Below are positions 45,405 to 55,268 of a DNA stretch of 64,000 bases, piece by piece. The first letter of the stretch is position 1. Each line of letters opens with the position of its first letter. Position numbers and translations under genes: made by a program. The notes under the pieces were generated by a model. The model saw only the letters and a program-made list of their open reading frames with translations. It made no database searches and was not told the DNA's origin. The stretch is from Limnochordia bacterium (GTDB lineage Bacteria; Bacillota; Limnochordia; DTU080): contig JBMNJG010000016.1 of assembly GCA_050951545.1 (NCBI GenBank), positions 94,112 to 158,111 on the forward strand, in the 5' to 3' direction.

Positions 45405-45499
45405 CTATCCACGTACATCCACAGCTTGTAGAACAGTTGTCCACAAGTTGTCCACATCCTGTGGATAACTTGGCGCAGCTGAGCGTATCATGTGGATAG
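45405..45499. promoter_or_regulatory. DnaA-box cluster
   Basis: A perfect TGTGGATAA at 45460, TTGTCCACA at 45437 and 45448, TGTGGATAG at 45491, and weaker CTATCCACG (45405) and ACATCCACA (45415). Confidence 0.75.
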
Positions 45500-45557
45500 A
45501 TGCGGATAGGTATCCGTAACAGCGCGGGATGTCTCTCCGTAATGGAGCGAACCAAGC

Positions 45558-45824
45558 ATGCAGGTAGAGATCCGAGGAGTCGAGAAACTCTCTTTTCGCG
45601 AACGACAAGTCGTCGTTCTGAAAGAGATGGGCCTTGCCAATCCACAAGTGGCCAAGCGTTTGGGTGTAACGCCTAGTACAGTGGCCACACTCTTCAACCG
45701 CGCCAAAAAGAAAGGCTACGAGGTTGTTATTGTCTTGAGTGGTGATCCGCTGGGTTTGTTCTCCGCAGATGAGGGCGATGACCACGACGGCCCAGAAGAG
45801 ACAAATGTGGCAGGGGACGCATGA
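45558..45824 (+). CDS. Small LuxR/sigma-region-4 type HTH DNA-binding protein
   Basis: LSFRERQVVVLKEMG..NPQVAKRLGVTPSTVATLFNRAKKK. Confidence 0.85.
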   Translation: MQVEIRGVEKLSFRERQVVVLKEMGLANPQVAKRLGVTPSTVATLFNRAKKKGYEVVIVLSGDPLGLFSADEGDDHDGPEETNVAGDA

Positions 45825-45980
45825 GATCCCTATCACAGGCAAACCTTAAGCATCACAGTCATACCCGGGACACACCAGGCGAACACATACAGCGTATAAT
45901 CATGCTGTGGGAAGCGCCCAGTAGCCACCCGCCTATTTACTGATCATTGCACTATCGCGCAGGAAACCTGAGGTGACATC

Positions 45981-46433
45981 ATGCACGAGTATCACATACC
46001 CGTGGTCTCCTATGAAGACGATGTATTCGTATGGGTCTACCTTGACCAGATTGACCGCATACTGCGTTACGAAGCCTTCGTCGTGGACTATGACGAGCAT
46101 GGGCTGCCAAGCACACTGAAATTTGTCATCGAAGAAGGTGTGCTCGACAATGCGCACGAAGTCCCCCTGATCCAGGAGTTCATCGAACGGTACGAGGAGA
46201 CCGCTACCCTGTCTCACACCGTGCAGCTCCACACCCGCGGTCATCTTTCCTGCGGGGCCTTGATTGCCACTCCATCCTTACGATTTCTGTACACTTATCT
46301 CAATCCAGAACAGATTGAACGACTGCATGAATACTTCGCCGCGCAAGAAGCCCATCTGAAGCGCGACAAAAAGGCTCGCTGGATGCGCTCCCTGCGAGCC
46401 CTAGGGTTTGAAGTGATCACCAGCCTTACTTAG
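45981..46433 (+). CDS. Hypothetical protein
   Basis: GAGGTG RBS; 150-aa ORF with protein-like composition. Confidence 0.7.
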   Translation: MHEYHIPVVSYEDDVFVWVYLDQIDRILRYEAFVVDYDEHGLPSTLKFVIEEGVLDNAHEVPLIQEFIERYEETATLSHTVQLHTRGHLSCGALIATPSLRFLYTYLNPEQIERLHEYFAAQEAHLKRDKKARWMRSLRALGFEVITSLT

Positions 46434-47322
46434 ATCCCTCAGCAACTAGCATTCCCGCGAGAATCAACGCGCAGCCCGCGAGTCCAGCTCGGGTTAGCGT
46501 CTCACCGATTAGCAGCCAACCAAAAAGAACGCCGAAGCCTGGTTCCGTCGCCAAAATGACGGCGGCATGGGTTGGTGATAGGCGTGCCTGAGCCCAGACC
46601 TGAACGATCAGCCCTCCAGCCGTGACCACAACGCCTGTGAAAGCCGCTGCACCGAGTACGCTGGCCCCGATCGCTGGGAAGGGCCCTTCCAGGCATATGG
46701 AGCCAATCACGGCCAGAGGAACTACTGCGGCCACCTGCACCATGGTAAACAACACAGGATCACTAGCGCTCCCCCAGCGGCTAGTAGCGATGATATGAGC
46801 GGCGAAAGCAACAGCCCCACCCAAGACAAGTAGATCACCGCGTAGTGAGCCGTGGACGGCTCCATCCAGCCCAAGAATAGCCATGCCTCCGGTGGCGAGC
46901 AGGGCGCCCGCCAGCGGTCGCCACCGAAGCTGTTCTCCAAAGAAAACCACAAGAATGAGGGGAACAAAGACGGTGGACAGACCAGTGATAAAGCTAGCCC
47001 TGCCAGCCGCGGTGAGACGAAGTCCAAAGGTCTGGAAACCATATCCAGCCAGGAAGATCCATCCGGTGGCTACTGCTTGTAGCACTTGACGCCAGCACAT
47101 CGACCGCCTTTTTAAGCGGACCAACCCACAGGGGATTAGCACCACTAGGGCGCAGAGAAAACGCACTCCAATGAAGGCCAGGACGGGGAAATCACGCACG
47201 GCCATCTTTACTGGTACAAAGGTGGCACCCCATAGGAGTGCCAACCCAAGAAGAGCCGCTCGTGCGCCCCAATCGGTACCTTTGCACGAGCGACCCTCAC
47301 CTGTTCTGACTGCGACACTCAT
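46426..47322 (-). CDS. EamA/DMT family transporter
   Basis: LWGATF, RF, FQTFGLRLT.AGRASFITGL..VFVP, GDLLVL and ATEP.F. ATGA overlap with the upstream gene. Confidence 0.92.
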   Translation of the reverse strand: MSVAVRTGEGRSCKGTDWGARAALLGLALLWGATFVPVKMAVRDFPVLAFIGVRFLCALVVLIPCGLVRLKRRSMCWRQVLQAVATGWIFLAGYGFQTFGLRLTAAGRASFITGLSTVFVPLILVVFFGEQLRWRPLAGALLATGGMAILGLDGAVHGSLRGDLLVLGGAVAFAAHIIATSRWGSASDPVLFTMVQVAAVVPLAVIGSICLEGPFPAIGASVLGAAAFTGVVVTAGGLIVQVWAQARLSPTHAAVILATEPGFGVLFGWLLIGETLTRAGLAGCALILAGMLVAEGSK

Positions 47323-48023
47323 TCGATCATCGCGGGCTGAGCCGCCCCATGCCTCCCATCGATGCCCGGCAGAAACCTCTTCTCTACAATGGACACGAGC
47401 CAGGCGATGCACGATGTCATTACTAGATACATCAGGGCAGTCAGAATGTAGATCTCAAACGGCTTGTAAGAGCGCGTCACGACTAACTGGCTGCGCCTAA
47501 GCAGTTCCTCCAGCGCTATAACCGCAACGAGCGAAGAGTCCTTGAGCATGGCGATGAACTCATTGCCTAGAGGCGGGATAATGCGCCGGAAAGCCTGAGG
47601 CAAGATCACATAACGAAGCCGCTGCCGAGGAGTAAGCCCACTGGCGATAGCTGCTTCGGACTGGCCGCGATCGATCGACTGAATGCCGCCTCGGATGATC
47701 TCAGCGACGTACGCCGCTGAGTTCAGACTCAGAGCCAGAATCCCCGCTGCCCACCGATCGATGCGTAACCATGGAAATAACCCGGGCAGACCCATATAGA
47801 CCAGGAATATCTGTACCAGCAACGGCGTACCTCTAAAAAAAGCAACATAGGCACTGCTCATCGTGTGAGCCACGCGGTTTGTAGACAAGCGGGCCATTCC
47901 CAAGATGGTCCCACCTACCATGCCCAGGCTTACTGCAACTACAGTGAGCAAGACAGTGACCCCAGCCCCCTCAGCAAGATAGGGAACTGAGCGTATCATC
48001 AGGCCAACATCAAGACCAAGCAT
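47319..48023 (-). CDS. Polar amino-acid ABC transporter permease
   Basis: FFRGTPLLVQIF, SAAYVAEIIRGGIQSIDRGQSEAA and KDSSL. Confidence 0.95.
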   Translation of the reverse strand: MLGLDVGLMIRSVPYLAEGAGVTVLLTVVAVSLGMVGGTILGMARLSTNRVAHTMSSAYVAFFRGTPLLVQIFLVYMGLPGLFPWLRIDRWAAGILALSLNSAAYVAEIIRGGIQSIDRGQSEAAIASGLTPRQRLRYVILPQAFRRIIPPLGNEFIAMLKDSSLVAVIALEELLRRSQLVVTRSYKPFEIYILTALMYLVMTSCIAWLVSIVEKRFLPGIDGRHGAAQPAMIE

Positions 48024-48046
48024 CTAGAGGCCACACCCTTAGGTCG

Positions 48047-48793
48047 CTATTGCGCAGAGCCCATCCACTTCGCACGAAGTCGATCATACGTGCCATTTGC
48101 TTTCAATGTGGCAATGGCCTGATTGACCCGACGCAGGAGGTCCGGGCGTCCCTTCTTGATGCCAATGCCATAGCTCTCACTTGAGAAAGGCTTACCCATG
48201 ATTTCTGTAGCACCTGGGTTCAGTCTTAGCTCCTCGAGTGCCACGAGCTCATCCACGATCGACGCATCAGCCCGACCCTGTTTGAGAGCGACGAACGCTT
48301 CTGGGATGGTGGGGTATTTGTCAATGCGCCTGATACCCGGGATTTTCTCCGCTTCAAACTGCCCAGTCGTTCCGATCTGCACTGAAATGATCTTGCCCCT
48401 CAGATCGGCCGTGCCCTTGATGCCTTTCGTCCCCTTGCGAACCACGATGACCTGACCCGTGGTGAAGTAAGGGTCAGAAAAATCGATGGCTTTCGAGCGT
48501 TCTTCTGTAATGGTCATAGCTGCGATAAGTAGATCATACTGCCCCACCAAAAGCCCCGGGATAATCCCATCCCAAGCGACATTACTGAATTCGATGTCGA
48601 CCCCCATGACATCGCCGAGGGCCTTCATATATTCTATGTCGAAGCCAGCTGGAGCTTTGGTCTGTTCGTCGATGAACTCGAACGGTGCGAAGGTCATATC
48701 GGAGCCGACACGGATTTTCTCCGCGCCAAAGGCACTACTAACTGCGAACAGAAGCAGGAATACCACGGTAATGATACCGAACACTCTGTTCAT
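48047..48793 (-). CDS. Polar (basic) amino-acid ABC substrate-binding protein
   Basis: Signal peptide, FAPFEF, GFDI, MTITEER..IDFSDPY and VQIGTTG. Confidence 0.93.
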   Translation of the reverse strand: MNRVFGIITVVFLLLFAVSSAFGAEKIRVGSDMTFAPFEFIDEQTKAPAGFDIEYMKALGDVMGVDIEFSNVAWDGIIPGLLVGQYDLLIAAMTITEERSKAIDFSDPYFTTGQVIVVRKGTKGIKGTADLRGKIISVQIGTTGQFEAEKIPGIRRIDKYPTIPEAFVALKQGRADASIVDELVALEELRLNPGATEIMGKPFSSESYGIGIKKGRPDLLRRVNQAIATLKANGTYDRLRAKWMGSAQ

Positions 48794-49091
48794 GTCAAAC
48801 CTCCCAGTCTGTGCATAATCTGGAAAACGCTATTTGTACACTTATGATCTTGCGGTTTCTCTTCTGGAGGCGGGAATTCCTGCCGATCGAAGCGAATGTA
48901 TAGGAAGGCTGGTGATGAAGAAGGAAGCGGCGGTACGCTGGCGTATTTATAAGGATGCGAACATCTGGTAGGCGCTCTACACACCAAGGTTAAAGGATAT
49001 CAGAGGGCGTCCTGCGAATCTCATTAAGCGGAAGCATCCCCAAGACACGGTGGGTGTCATCCGTCAAGAGGATGTAGGGAGGGCGATCGTT

Positions 49092-50960
49092 GTGAGCAGG
49101 CCCATGGTAGCCAAGCGGCACAACAAGCTGTGGTTCATCGGTGTTTTCGCGGTGGGCCTAATCGTACTTTTTGCTATTCAATCATCTCGAAAGGCTCCAA
49201 AGAGTGTCGAGCTCGACGAGAGCCTGATCAGGGTTCAGGCACCTGCCTTGCTGCCCATGGATGCCAGCAAGGTAAGCCAGGTAGATGTCACGCTATCTGG
49301 GCAGCGCATGTTGGCCACCAAGAGCGGCGAGAAGTGGATCCTCAAGACCCCGTTTAACGACGACGCCGACTTTGAAGCCGTGGAACGCGTCATAGGGTTG
49401 TTTAGCGCTCTAGCTTCTGACGAAGTCGCTGAGTCAGCGAGTAAGTCGGAGTACGGCCTAGATCGGCCATTCGCCACGGCAACATTCATTGAGGACGGCC
49501 AGACCCGCAGGTTCACCATCGGGCGTTACCAACGCACTGAGCTTTACTACGCCAAAACTTCGGCATCCGAGGACATCTATGTGGTACGCGGTCTGCCTGA
49601 AGAGCTCAAGGTATTGCGGCCAATCGACCTTGTCAACCGGCAGTTGCTGACCTTCAACCCGGATGACGTGGTCCGCATTGAAGCCAAAGCTACAGAGGAC
49701 GATATCCACAGGGTCGTAGAAAGACGCGAAGGTAAATGGTTCACCAGTCTCGGCGCACCTGGGGTCGTCTTTCAGGTGGAGGAGTTCCTCCGAGACTTGC
49801 GGTTCGTTAACGTATCTGACGTGGTTAGCGCTGCTGGTGGGCAGGGTCTGAGCCCCGTTGGTAGCACCATGCGGATCGTCATTACCCGAAACGACGGCAA
49901 GAAACACACCCTTGATGTCGGCAATCAGTCCAGTGACGGTCGACGCTACTTTGTGAAGAGCTCCGACCGACCCCACGTGTACCAGGTTGTTCAGTTCATC
50001 GGTGAGAACCTGCGTGAGAAGATGCGTCAGGTGGGTACCGACATGATGGGACTCAACCCTGACCGGGTTATGGAGCTCCGGCTGATCACGGTACACGAAG
50101 CCACGGAAGAAGACATCCAGAAGAAAAAAGAAATCTCCACTGCGGCCCTATTGACCGGAGTGATCAAACAGGACGATCTGGTACCTGGTGCCAAAGAAAG
50201 AGTCCTCAGCAAGAGCGATGAAACCTGGACGACTGACGGCAAAGTAGCTTTCTCTGTAGGCGCTGTGGTTGATGCCATCATTGGCGTTAGCGCTCAGACC
50301 GCCGCTCCAGAGGGCGACGACGAAACCTATGGTTTCTACCCAGCTGTCGGTGCGGTGCAAATTATCGCTACACTAGACAACAAGGCGAAGATCACCCTTG
50401 ACGTGGGAACCACGACGCCAGATGGCAAGATGCGCTACGTGCGATCCAGTTCACGGTCTGGTGTCTATCTGTCGCCTGCGCAGAACGTGGACGTCATCCT
50501 CAATAGCTTATCAAGAGTTCGTAGTGAGCTGATGGTGTTTGATCCTGCCCAAGTAACAAAGATCACCGTCTCTGAGTCCGACTGGAGCGGGAAGACATCC
50601 TCACGCGTACTCTCTAAGCAGGGGGGGCGGTGGATGCATGCTGGAAAGGCCCGCGACGAGGCTGGGGTAGACGCCTTCCTCAAGAACGTGCGCGCCCTCG
50701 GTGCTGAGTCCATTCCGCCCAAGGAAGATGACGAAAGTGTCTACGGCTTCTACCCAGCCGCAGAAAGCTGGCGCTTGGAGCTTGGGTTTAGAGATGGTAC
50801 AAATCTGGTCTTAGACTCCGGGGCAACCAAGTCCGAGGGTAGTGGATGGTTTGCTATCGTGAACTACTATGTGCGGATAAGCGACCTAAGCGATATCGTG
50901 TTCGTAGGCGAGTTTGACATTGATGGCCTGAGAGACGATATTGACGATATCCTGCGCTAG
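49092..50960 (+). CDS. Membrane-anchored protein with tandem DUF4340-like domains
   Basis: N-terminal TM, then repeated units (W..., YGL/YGF, LDVG..YVK/R..VY, L..F.PD.V..I). Confidence 0.7.
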   Translation: MSRPMVAKRHNKLWFIGVFAVGLIVLFAIQSSRKAPKSVELDESLIRVQAPALLPMDASKVSQVDVTLSGQRMLATKSGEKWILKTPFNDDADFEAVERVIGLFSALASDEVAESASKSEYGLDRPFATATFIEDGQTRRFTIGRYQRTELYYAKTSASEDIYVVRGLPEELKVLRPIDLVNRQLLTFNPDDVVRIEAKATEDDIHRVVERREGKWFTSLGAPGVVFQVEEFLRDLRFVNVSDVVSAAGGQGLSPVGSTMRIVITRNDGKKHTLDVGNQSSDGRRYFVKSSDRPHVYQVVQFIGENLREKMRQVGTDMMGLNPDRVMELRLITVHEATEEDIQKKKEISTAALLTGVIKQDDLVPGAKERVLSKSDETWTTDGKVAFSVGAVVDAIIGVSAQTAAPEGDDETYGFYPAVGAVQIIATLDNKAKITLDVGTTTPDGKMRYVRSSSRSGVYLSPAQNVDVILNSLSRVRSELMVFDPAQVTKITVSESDWSGKTSSRVLSKQGGRWMHAGKARDEAGVDAFLKNVRALGAESIPPKEDDESVYGFYPAAESWRLELGFRDGTNLVLDSGATKSEGSGWFAIVNYYVRISDLSDIVFVGEFDIDGLRDDIDDILR

Positions 50961-50980
50961 TCGCCTCACATGATGTGTGC

Positions 50981-51014
50981 GAAGCACCCTGGGAAACCGG
51001 GGTGCTTTCTCTTT
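50981..51014 (+). terminator. Intrinsic terminator
   Basis: GAAGCACCCTGG-GAAA-CCGGGGTGCTTT-CTCTTT. Confidence 0.75.
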
Positions 51015-51039
51015 CGGCCTGACGCAACGCAAGCCGAGA

Positions 51040-52116
51040 CTAGTCGGGGCACCTCGACCTGCCACCCTCGAAACGGCGGGCCAGACGGCACAGCAGATGC
51101 AGCGTCCGAGCGAGCGAGCCTCCTGAGCGCAACAAGCGCTCGGCGAGCGCTCGTTGGTCTTGCACGGCTACCTTTGCGTCTGACAGGTACATCGCTGGCA
51201 GCCCGTGCAGCACAAGCACATGCACTGCGGGAGCCTCATACCGAGATAGGCGATCCGCAGCTTCCTGATAGAGCCAATTCAGCCGGGCCTCAGCCACGTC
51301 CAGATTTTCGTAGAAGCTCACAAAGTTCAGGTCACCCCCCTGTCGATCCTCAGCTAGGTCAATAAGGTAGTCGAGCAGAATGTGCCATCCGGCTACCCAG
51401 GGAAAGTAGGCATCTAACAGAGCCGCGGTCTTCGGGGGACTCGGACCCGCAGCCGCATGACAAAGGGCAAAGACAGCCAATGTGGAGCCACAAGCAGCTG
51501 CAAACTCCTGCCAGTAGAGCGGTGATTTCCCCCGCCACTGTCGCCCAAACCAATCCCTAAGCTTGTCCACGCGTCTAGAGGACTCAAGATGCTTGTAGAC
51601 CTGCAGGTCTGTATATAGACTGACGAGATGTTCAACAGCTGGCTGCACCTGCCTATAGTAGGGGAATTCGCGAAGCGCATGCTGACACATGCTCACCAAC
51701 CCCTCAAGGTAGGCCCCGTCGTTACGCCACGGGTAGAGTGCATAGTAACCAGGGTGTTCGAGCAGAACCACGCCGCTCACGGCATCCTGCATGGATCGGT
51801 GTAGCAGACGAAAAGCGTATTCATCTATCACACCAGCTCTGTCACATAGATTGTCAAGATAGTCGCACATCGTCTGGTAGGCTACGATGAAGCGGAGCAG
51901 CTGGGGCCTATACTCACCTGGGGCTGCACAGAAAATGCTCCCGCCTTGACAATGAAATCGTTTGTGAGAAAGGCTCGCCAAGGCTTGCACCCGCAGCTGC
52001 CTATCTGGAATAGCGTCAGCGCGGATGCGCCACTCGCCTAGCTGCCGCTCAACCTCGGGCAAGACTGTCCCCAGGTAGCGTAACAGAGTGGTGCCTATCG
52101 CTACTGGTCCCGGCAC
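51040..52116 (-). CDS. Tetraprenyl-beta-curcumene synthase family (YtpB/DUF2600)
   Basis: QALASL..KRFHCQGG, AYQTMCDYLDNLCDR, W.EFAAACGSTL, YFPW..G.HILLDYLID..ED..GDLNF. Confidence 0.92.
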   Translation of the reverse strand: MPGPVAIGTTLLRYLGTVLPEVERQLGEWRIRADAIPDRQLRVQALASLSHKRFHCQGGSIFCAAPGEYRPQLLRFIVAYQTMCDYLDNLCDRAGVIDEYAFRLLHRSMQDAVSGVVLLEHPGYYALYPWRNDGAYLEGLVSMCQHALREFPYYRQVQPAVEHLVSLYTDLQVYKHLESSRRVDKLRDWFGRQWRGKSPLYWQEFAAACGSTLAVFALCHAAAGPSPPKTAALLDAYFPWVAGWHILLDYLIDLAEDRQGGDLNFVSFYENLDVAEARLNWLYQEAADRLSRYEAPAVHVLVLHGLPAMYLSDAKVAVQDQRALAERLLRSGGSLARTLHLLCRLARRFEGGRSRCPD

Positions 52117-52265
52117 GGTTCCTGCCCCCTACGTCAATGACTGCCCTCCCAGTGTGCCCTAGATGACCAGAAGCCTATGAGGCCCATGCTACTGAGCATA
52201 GCAAAGAACCCCGGACGACAGAGGGTCCGGGGCAGAAAACTGGATCGACAGTCTGCGCGCTTGGG

Positions 52266-52814
52266 CTACACTGTCTTTGTAGGCGCCAAAATCATGATCA
52301 GCTGACGCCCCTCCATGATCGGTGTACGTTCCACAGTACCTAGACTAGCCAAGTCCGAAGCCAATCCGGCCAGTTTCTGTTCTGCCAGATTTCTGTGCAC
52401 GATCTCGCGACCTCGGAAGCGTACAGCGATCTTCACTTTATTGCCGTCCTCGAGGAACTTTCGTGCATTTCTAACTTTTACCTCAAAGTCATGGTCGTCG
52501 ATCTTGGGACGCAACCGTAGTTCCTTCAACTCCACAACCTGCTGCTTTTTCCGGGTCTCTCGATCCTTCTTGCTTTGCTCATACTTGAACTTCCCGAAGT
52601 CCATGACCCGGCAGACTGGCGGCTGCGAATTAGGCGATACTTCCACCAAGTCGAGTCCTCGTGCTCGCGCTTCAGCCAAAGCCTCATCAGGGGTAAGGAT
52701 ACCCAACTGATTGCCCTCAGGGTCTATCACACGTACCCGACGTCCTCTAATCTCATCGTTTATGCGTGGACCCCTGTTGCGTGGAGAACGTACCTCACGT
52801 GAACCCCTCTGAAT
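52266..52814 (-). CDS. infC: Translation initiation factor IF-3 (ATT start)
   Basis: INDEIR..VRVI, LDLVEVSP..PPVCRVMDFGKFKYE and FRGRE. An in-frame ATT lies 7 nt after GGAGGTG. Confidence 0.95.
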   Translation of the reverse strand: MQRGSREVRSPRNRGPRINDEIRGRRVRVIDPEGNQLGILTPDEALAEARARGLDLVEVSPNSQPPVCRVMDFGKFKYEQSKKDRETRKKQQVVELKELRLRPKIDDHDFEVKVRNARKFLEDGNKVKIAVRFRGREIVHRNLAEQKLAGLASDLASLGTVERTPIMEGRQLIMILAPTKTV

Positions 52815-52907
52815 AGCCGACCACCTCCATAGATTTTTGGTATATCTGCAGGGATGACCCCACAATACACACTGTCGCTTCATTATACCATACATTGCAG
52901 GTACTGC

Positions 52908-54086
52908 TCACCCGAAATCGTTGCCGCAAGGATCAGCTACCGAACGCATCCTAGCATGTGCCAACTGATACACCTGCTCCATGCGCTCTGCCACACGGGC
53001 CGGAGAAAAGTTCTTGGCATATGCGCGTCCTTCCACACTCATCGCTGCCAGGGCCTCTGGATCGGCCAACATGGTCGCGATAGTCTGCGCCATGGCACCG
53101 GGTTCGGGCTCCGTGATGCGCCCTGCCTGGCAGACATCCAAGACCGCTTGACTAGCCTGTGATCGCACAGCCACGACCGGAACTCCGTGGGCGAGGGCCT
53201 CCAAGATGACCATACCTTGGGTTTCCTTGTCAGAGGGAAAGGTAAAGATACTCGCTTGCCGATACCAGTGTGAGACCTCTGCGTAGGGCAAGAAACCCGT
53301 TATCGTTATGAGTCTCCCCACCTGCAGCTCCTCTGCGAGTTCCTCAACGGTTGAGCGTTCAGGCCCATCTCCGACCAGCACCAAGCGAACTGGGATCTGC
53401 TTGCTCACAAGGCTAAAAGCCCGTATAAGCAGCGGGAGCCGTTTCTCCTTGCCCAACCGACCGACGTAGAGAAGAACAGGCTCAGAAAGGTCTGCTTCCT
53501 GAGCACGGGACGTTCCGTTTGCCAAGCCTACCACAATAGAATTCGACACTACCTCGCAGTCCACACCATAGGTAGTGCGCACAAATTCGCGGGTAGCGGG
53601 CGAGGGAGTGACTACCAGATCGGCATGCTGAACATAGTGATTGACCCAATTGAGGATCGCTCGTTCCGTCGAACTGCGCAGTGGCTTGGGGGCATAGATC
53701 GCATATTCGTGATAGACCGAGTGGTGAGTGAACACGACTGGAATATCTAGTCTGCGTCCTACCTGAAGGGCCGCTAGCCCCATGGTGAAGGGACTATGCG
53801 CATGGATGATATCAACGTTCATCTCCTTGACTTGGCGGATCATGCTGGCAATATTGGGCAATGGAAAAACGATGTTTCCCGGAGGATAGATGGGGAGCGC
53901 GCGACATCGGCTTACATGCTCCATTTTGTCTGCGTCATCGGAGTGCCCCAAATAGCGCGGCCCAAAGATCGTCACCTCATGCCCACGCCCGCGCAAACCC
54001 TCGGAGAGACGTTCTATAGAACGCACCACCCCGCTTATGTAAGGGAAGTAGGTATCGGAAAACATCGCTATGTGCAGCAAAACCAC
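52908..54086 (-). CDS. GT4 glycosyltransferase (diacylglycerol glucosyltransferase-like)
   Basis: MFSDTYFP.ISGV, IIHAHSPF, YVGRLGKEK and ETQGMVILEALAHGVPVV. Confidence 0.92.
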   Translation of the reverse strand: MVLLHIAMFSDTYFPYISGVVRSIERLSEGLRGRGHEVTIFGPRYLGHSDDADKMEHVSRCRALPIYPPGNIVFPLPNIASMIRQVKEMNVDIIHAHSPFTMGLAALQVGRRLDIPVVFTHHSVYHEYAIYAPKPLRSSTERAILNWVNHYVQHADLVVTPSPATREFVRTTYGVDCEVVSNSIVVGLANGTSRAQEADLSEPVLLYVGRLGKEKRLPLLIRAFSLVSKQIPVRLVLVGDGPERSTVEELAEELQVGRLITITGFLPYAEVSHWYRQASIFTFPSDKETQGMVILEALAHGVPVVAVRSQASQAVLDVCQAGRITEPEPGAMAQTIATMLADPEALAAMSVEGRAYAKNFSPARVAERMEQVYQLAHARMRSVADPCGNDFG

Positions 54087-54256
54087 TCCCGACGACGACG
54101 GCTTACGTCTAGCGTTTGATCCAAGTCAGCGACAAGCTATTCGTGCCCTGCCGCCAATCTTCCTGCCACTCGATCACGAAGCATACGCTAAGCACATCTC
54201 ATGGCTCAATGTAGTTATCCCTTTCCAGGCAACTTTTATCTCCTCAACATCACCTA

Positions 54257-55153
54257 TCACTGGAGGAAGATCGGCTGGCTCCACGCCGCCTTTCCGAGGC
54301 CATCGATACACTCTACTCGTACGTAAGGTGATCTAAGCAGGTTTGCCCGCGCAAAGGTCAGTGTCTCACCCACTGCCGCCCGAACCGAGCGTCCGGTTCC
54401 CCTGGCTCCCACGAAGCGTACTTCCTGCACGGAAGAACAATGCACCCAGATGCTGCCATCATCTACCCCGATATCCAGGATAGCCGGACCACAGGTCGAA
54501 TAGAACATCCCTGCCTCTAACGCATTGAGCACGGCTGTGCGGGTGAGCTCAGCGGCCCGCACCATTACCCAGCCTTGAGCCGCATCATGTTCGTAGATGT
54601 GAGTGTCATCGGTCGCCACTCCCCAGATACTGAGTCCTCGCTGCAACAGGCCATCCCAGTGCATCTCACCGCGTTCCTTACCGTGACGCGCACAAGTGGC
54701 GTTGAAAACCTCTACAGCGAAGGCCCCCTCCACCGCCAGTAGGTCAGCAATGTCTTGCCCTAGCCAGTAGGGGTGGGCCAGCATAGCAATTCCGCCTGCC
54801 GAGCGCACCGCATCCACCAACTGCTGGCCTGGACCTCTTCGCAAGCTGTCATCCTGAGCGAAGGGGGTAACACCTAGGCCTACGACATGGTAGCCTACTT
54901 GACACTCTGGGTCGTGGCAATCCAACTCGATAGCCGGGATAGTCAGCAGACCCAGGCACGCACTCTCTGCGATCTCCGTGGTCTGACGATGGTCGCTTAC
55001 GGCCAGGAAATCGTAACCTTGTCTGTAGTAGAAAGCGAGGGCATCCTCCAGAGCCAGTCGGCCGTCACTGTTCTTTGTGTGTGTATGGAGATTGCCCCGG
55101 AGCCAACGCCCCGCAGCGTTGAACACACTCCCCGTCGGAAGTGAGCGACCCAA
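54257..55153 (-). CDS. PHP-domain metallohydrolase (CehA/McbA-like)
   Basis: GNLHTHT..SDG, YDFLAVSDH, AHPYW, EVFN, DDTH and G.FYST.GP. Confidence 0.88.
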   Translation of the reverse strand: MGRSLPTGSVFNAAGRWLRGNLHTHTKNSDGRLALEDALAFYYRQGYDFLAVSDHRQTTEIAESACLGLLTIPAIELDCHDPECQVGYHVVGLGVTPFAQDDSLRRGPGQQLVDAVRSAGGIAMLAHPYWLGQDIADLLAVEGAFAVEVFNATCARHGKERGEMHWDGLLQRGLSIWGVATDDTHIYEHDAAQGWVMVRAAELTRTAVLNALEAGMFYSTCGPAILDIGVDDGSIWVHCSSVQEVRFVGARGTGRSVRAAVGETLTFARANLLRSPYVRVECIDGLGKAAWSQPIFLQ

Positions 55154-55268
55154 TCCACATCAGCCCCTTCGTCCGATTCTACGCTACTTTGGTCCATTAG
55201 CATGAGAGGTTCCCGGTTGAGCCCTGACCTCCTGCCGATCCATCAATTCCGATCTACACCGCACCGCA

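Noticed and set aside
45405-45499. oriC
   Set aside because: No adjacent dnaA/dnaN and no AT-rich unwinding element; kept only as a DnaA-box cluster.
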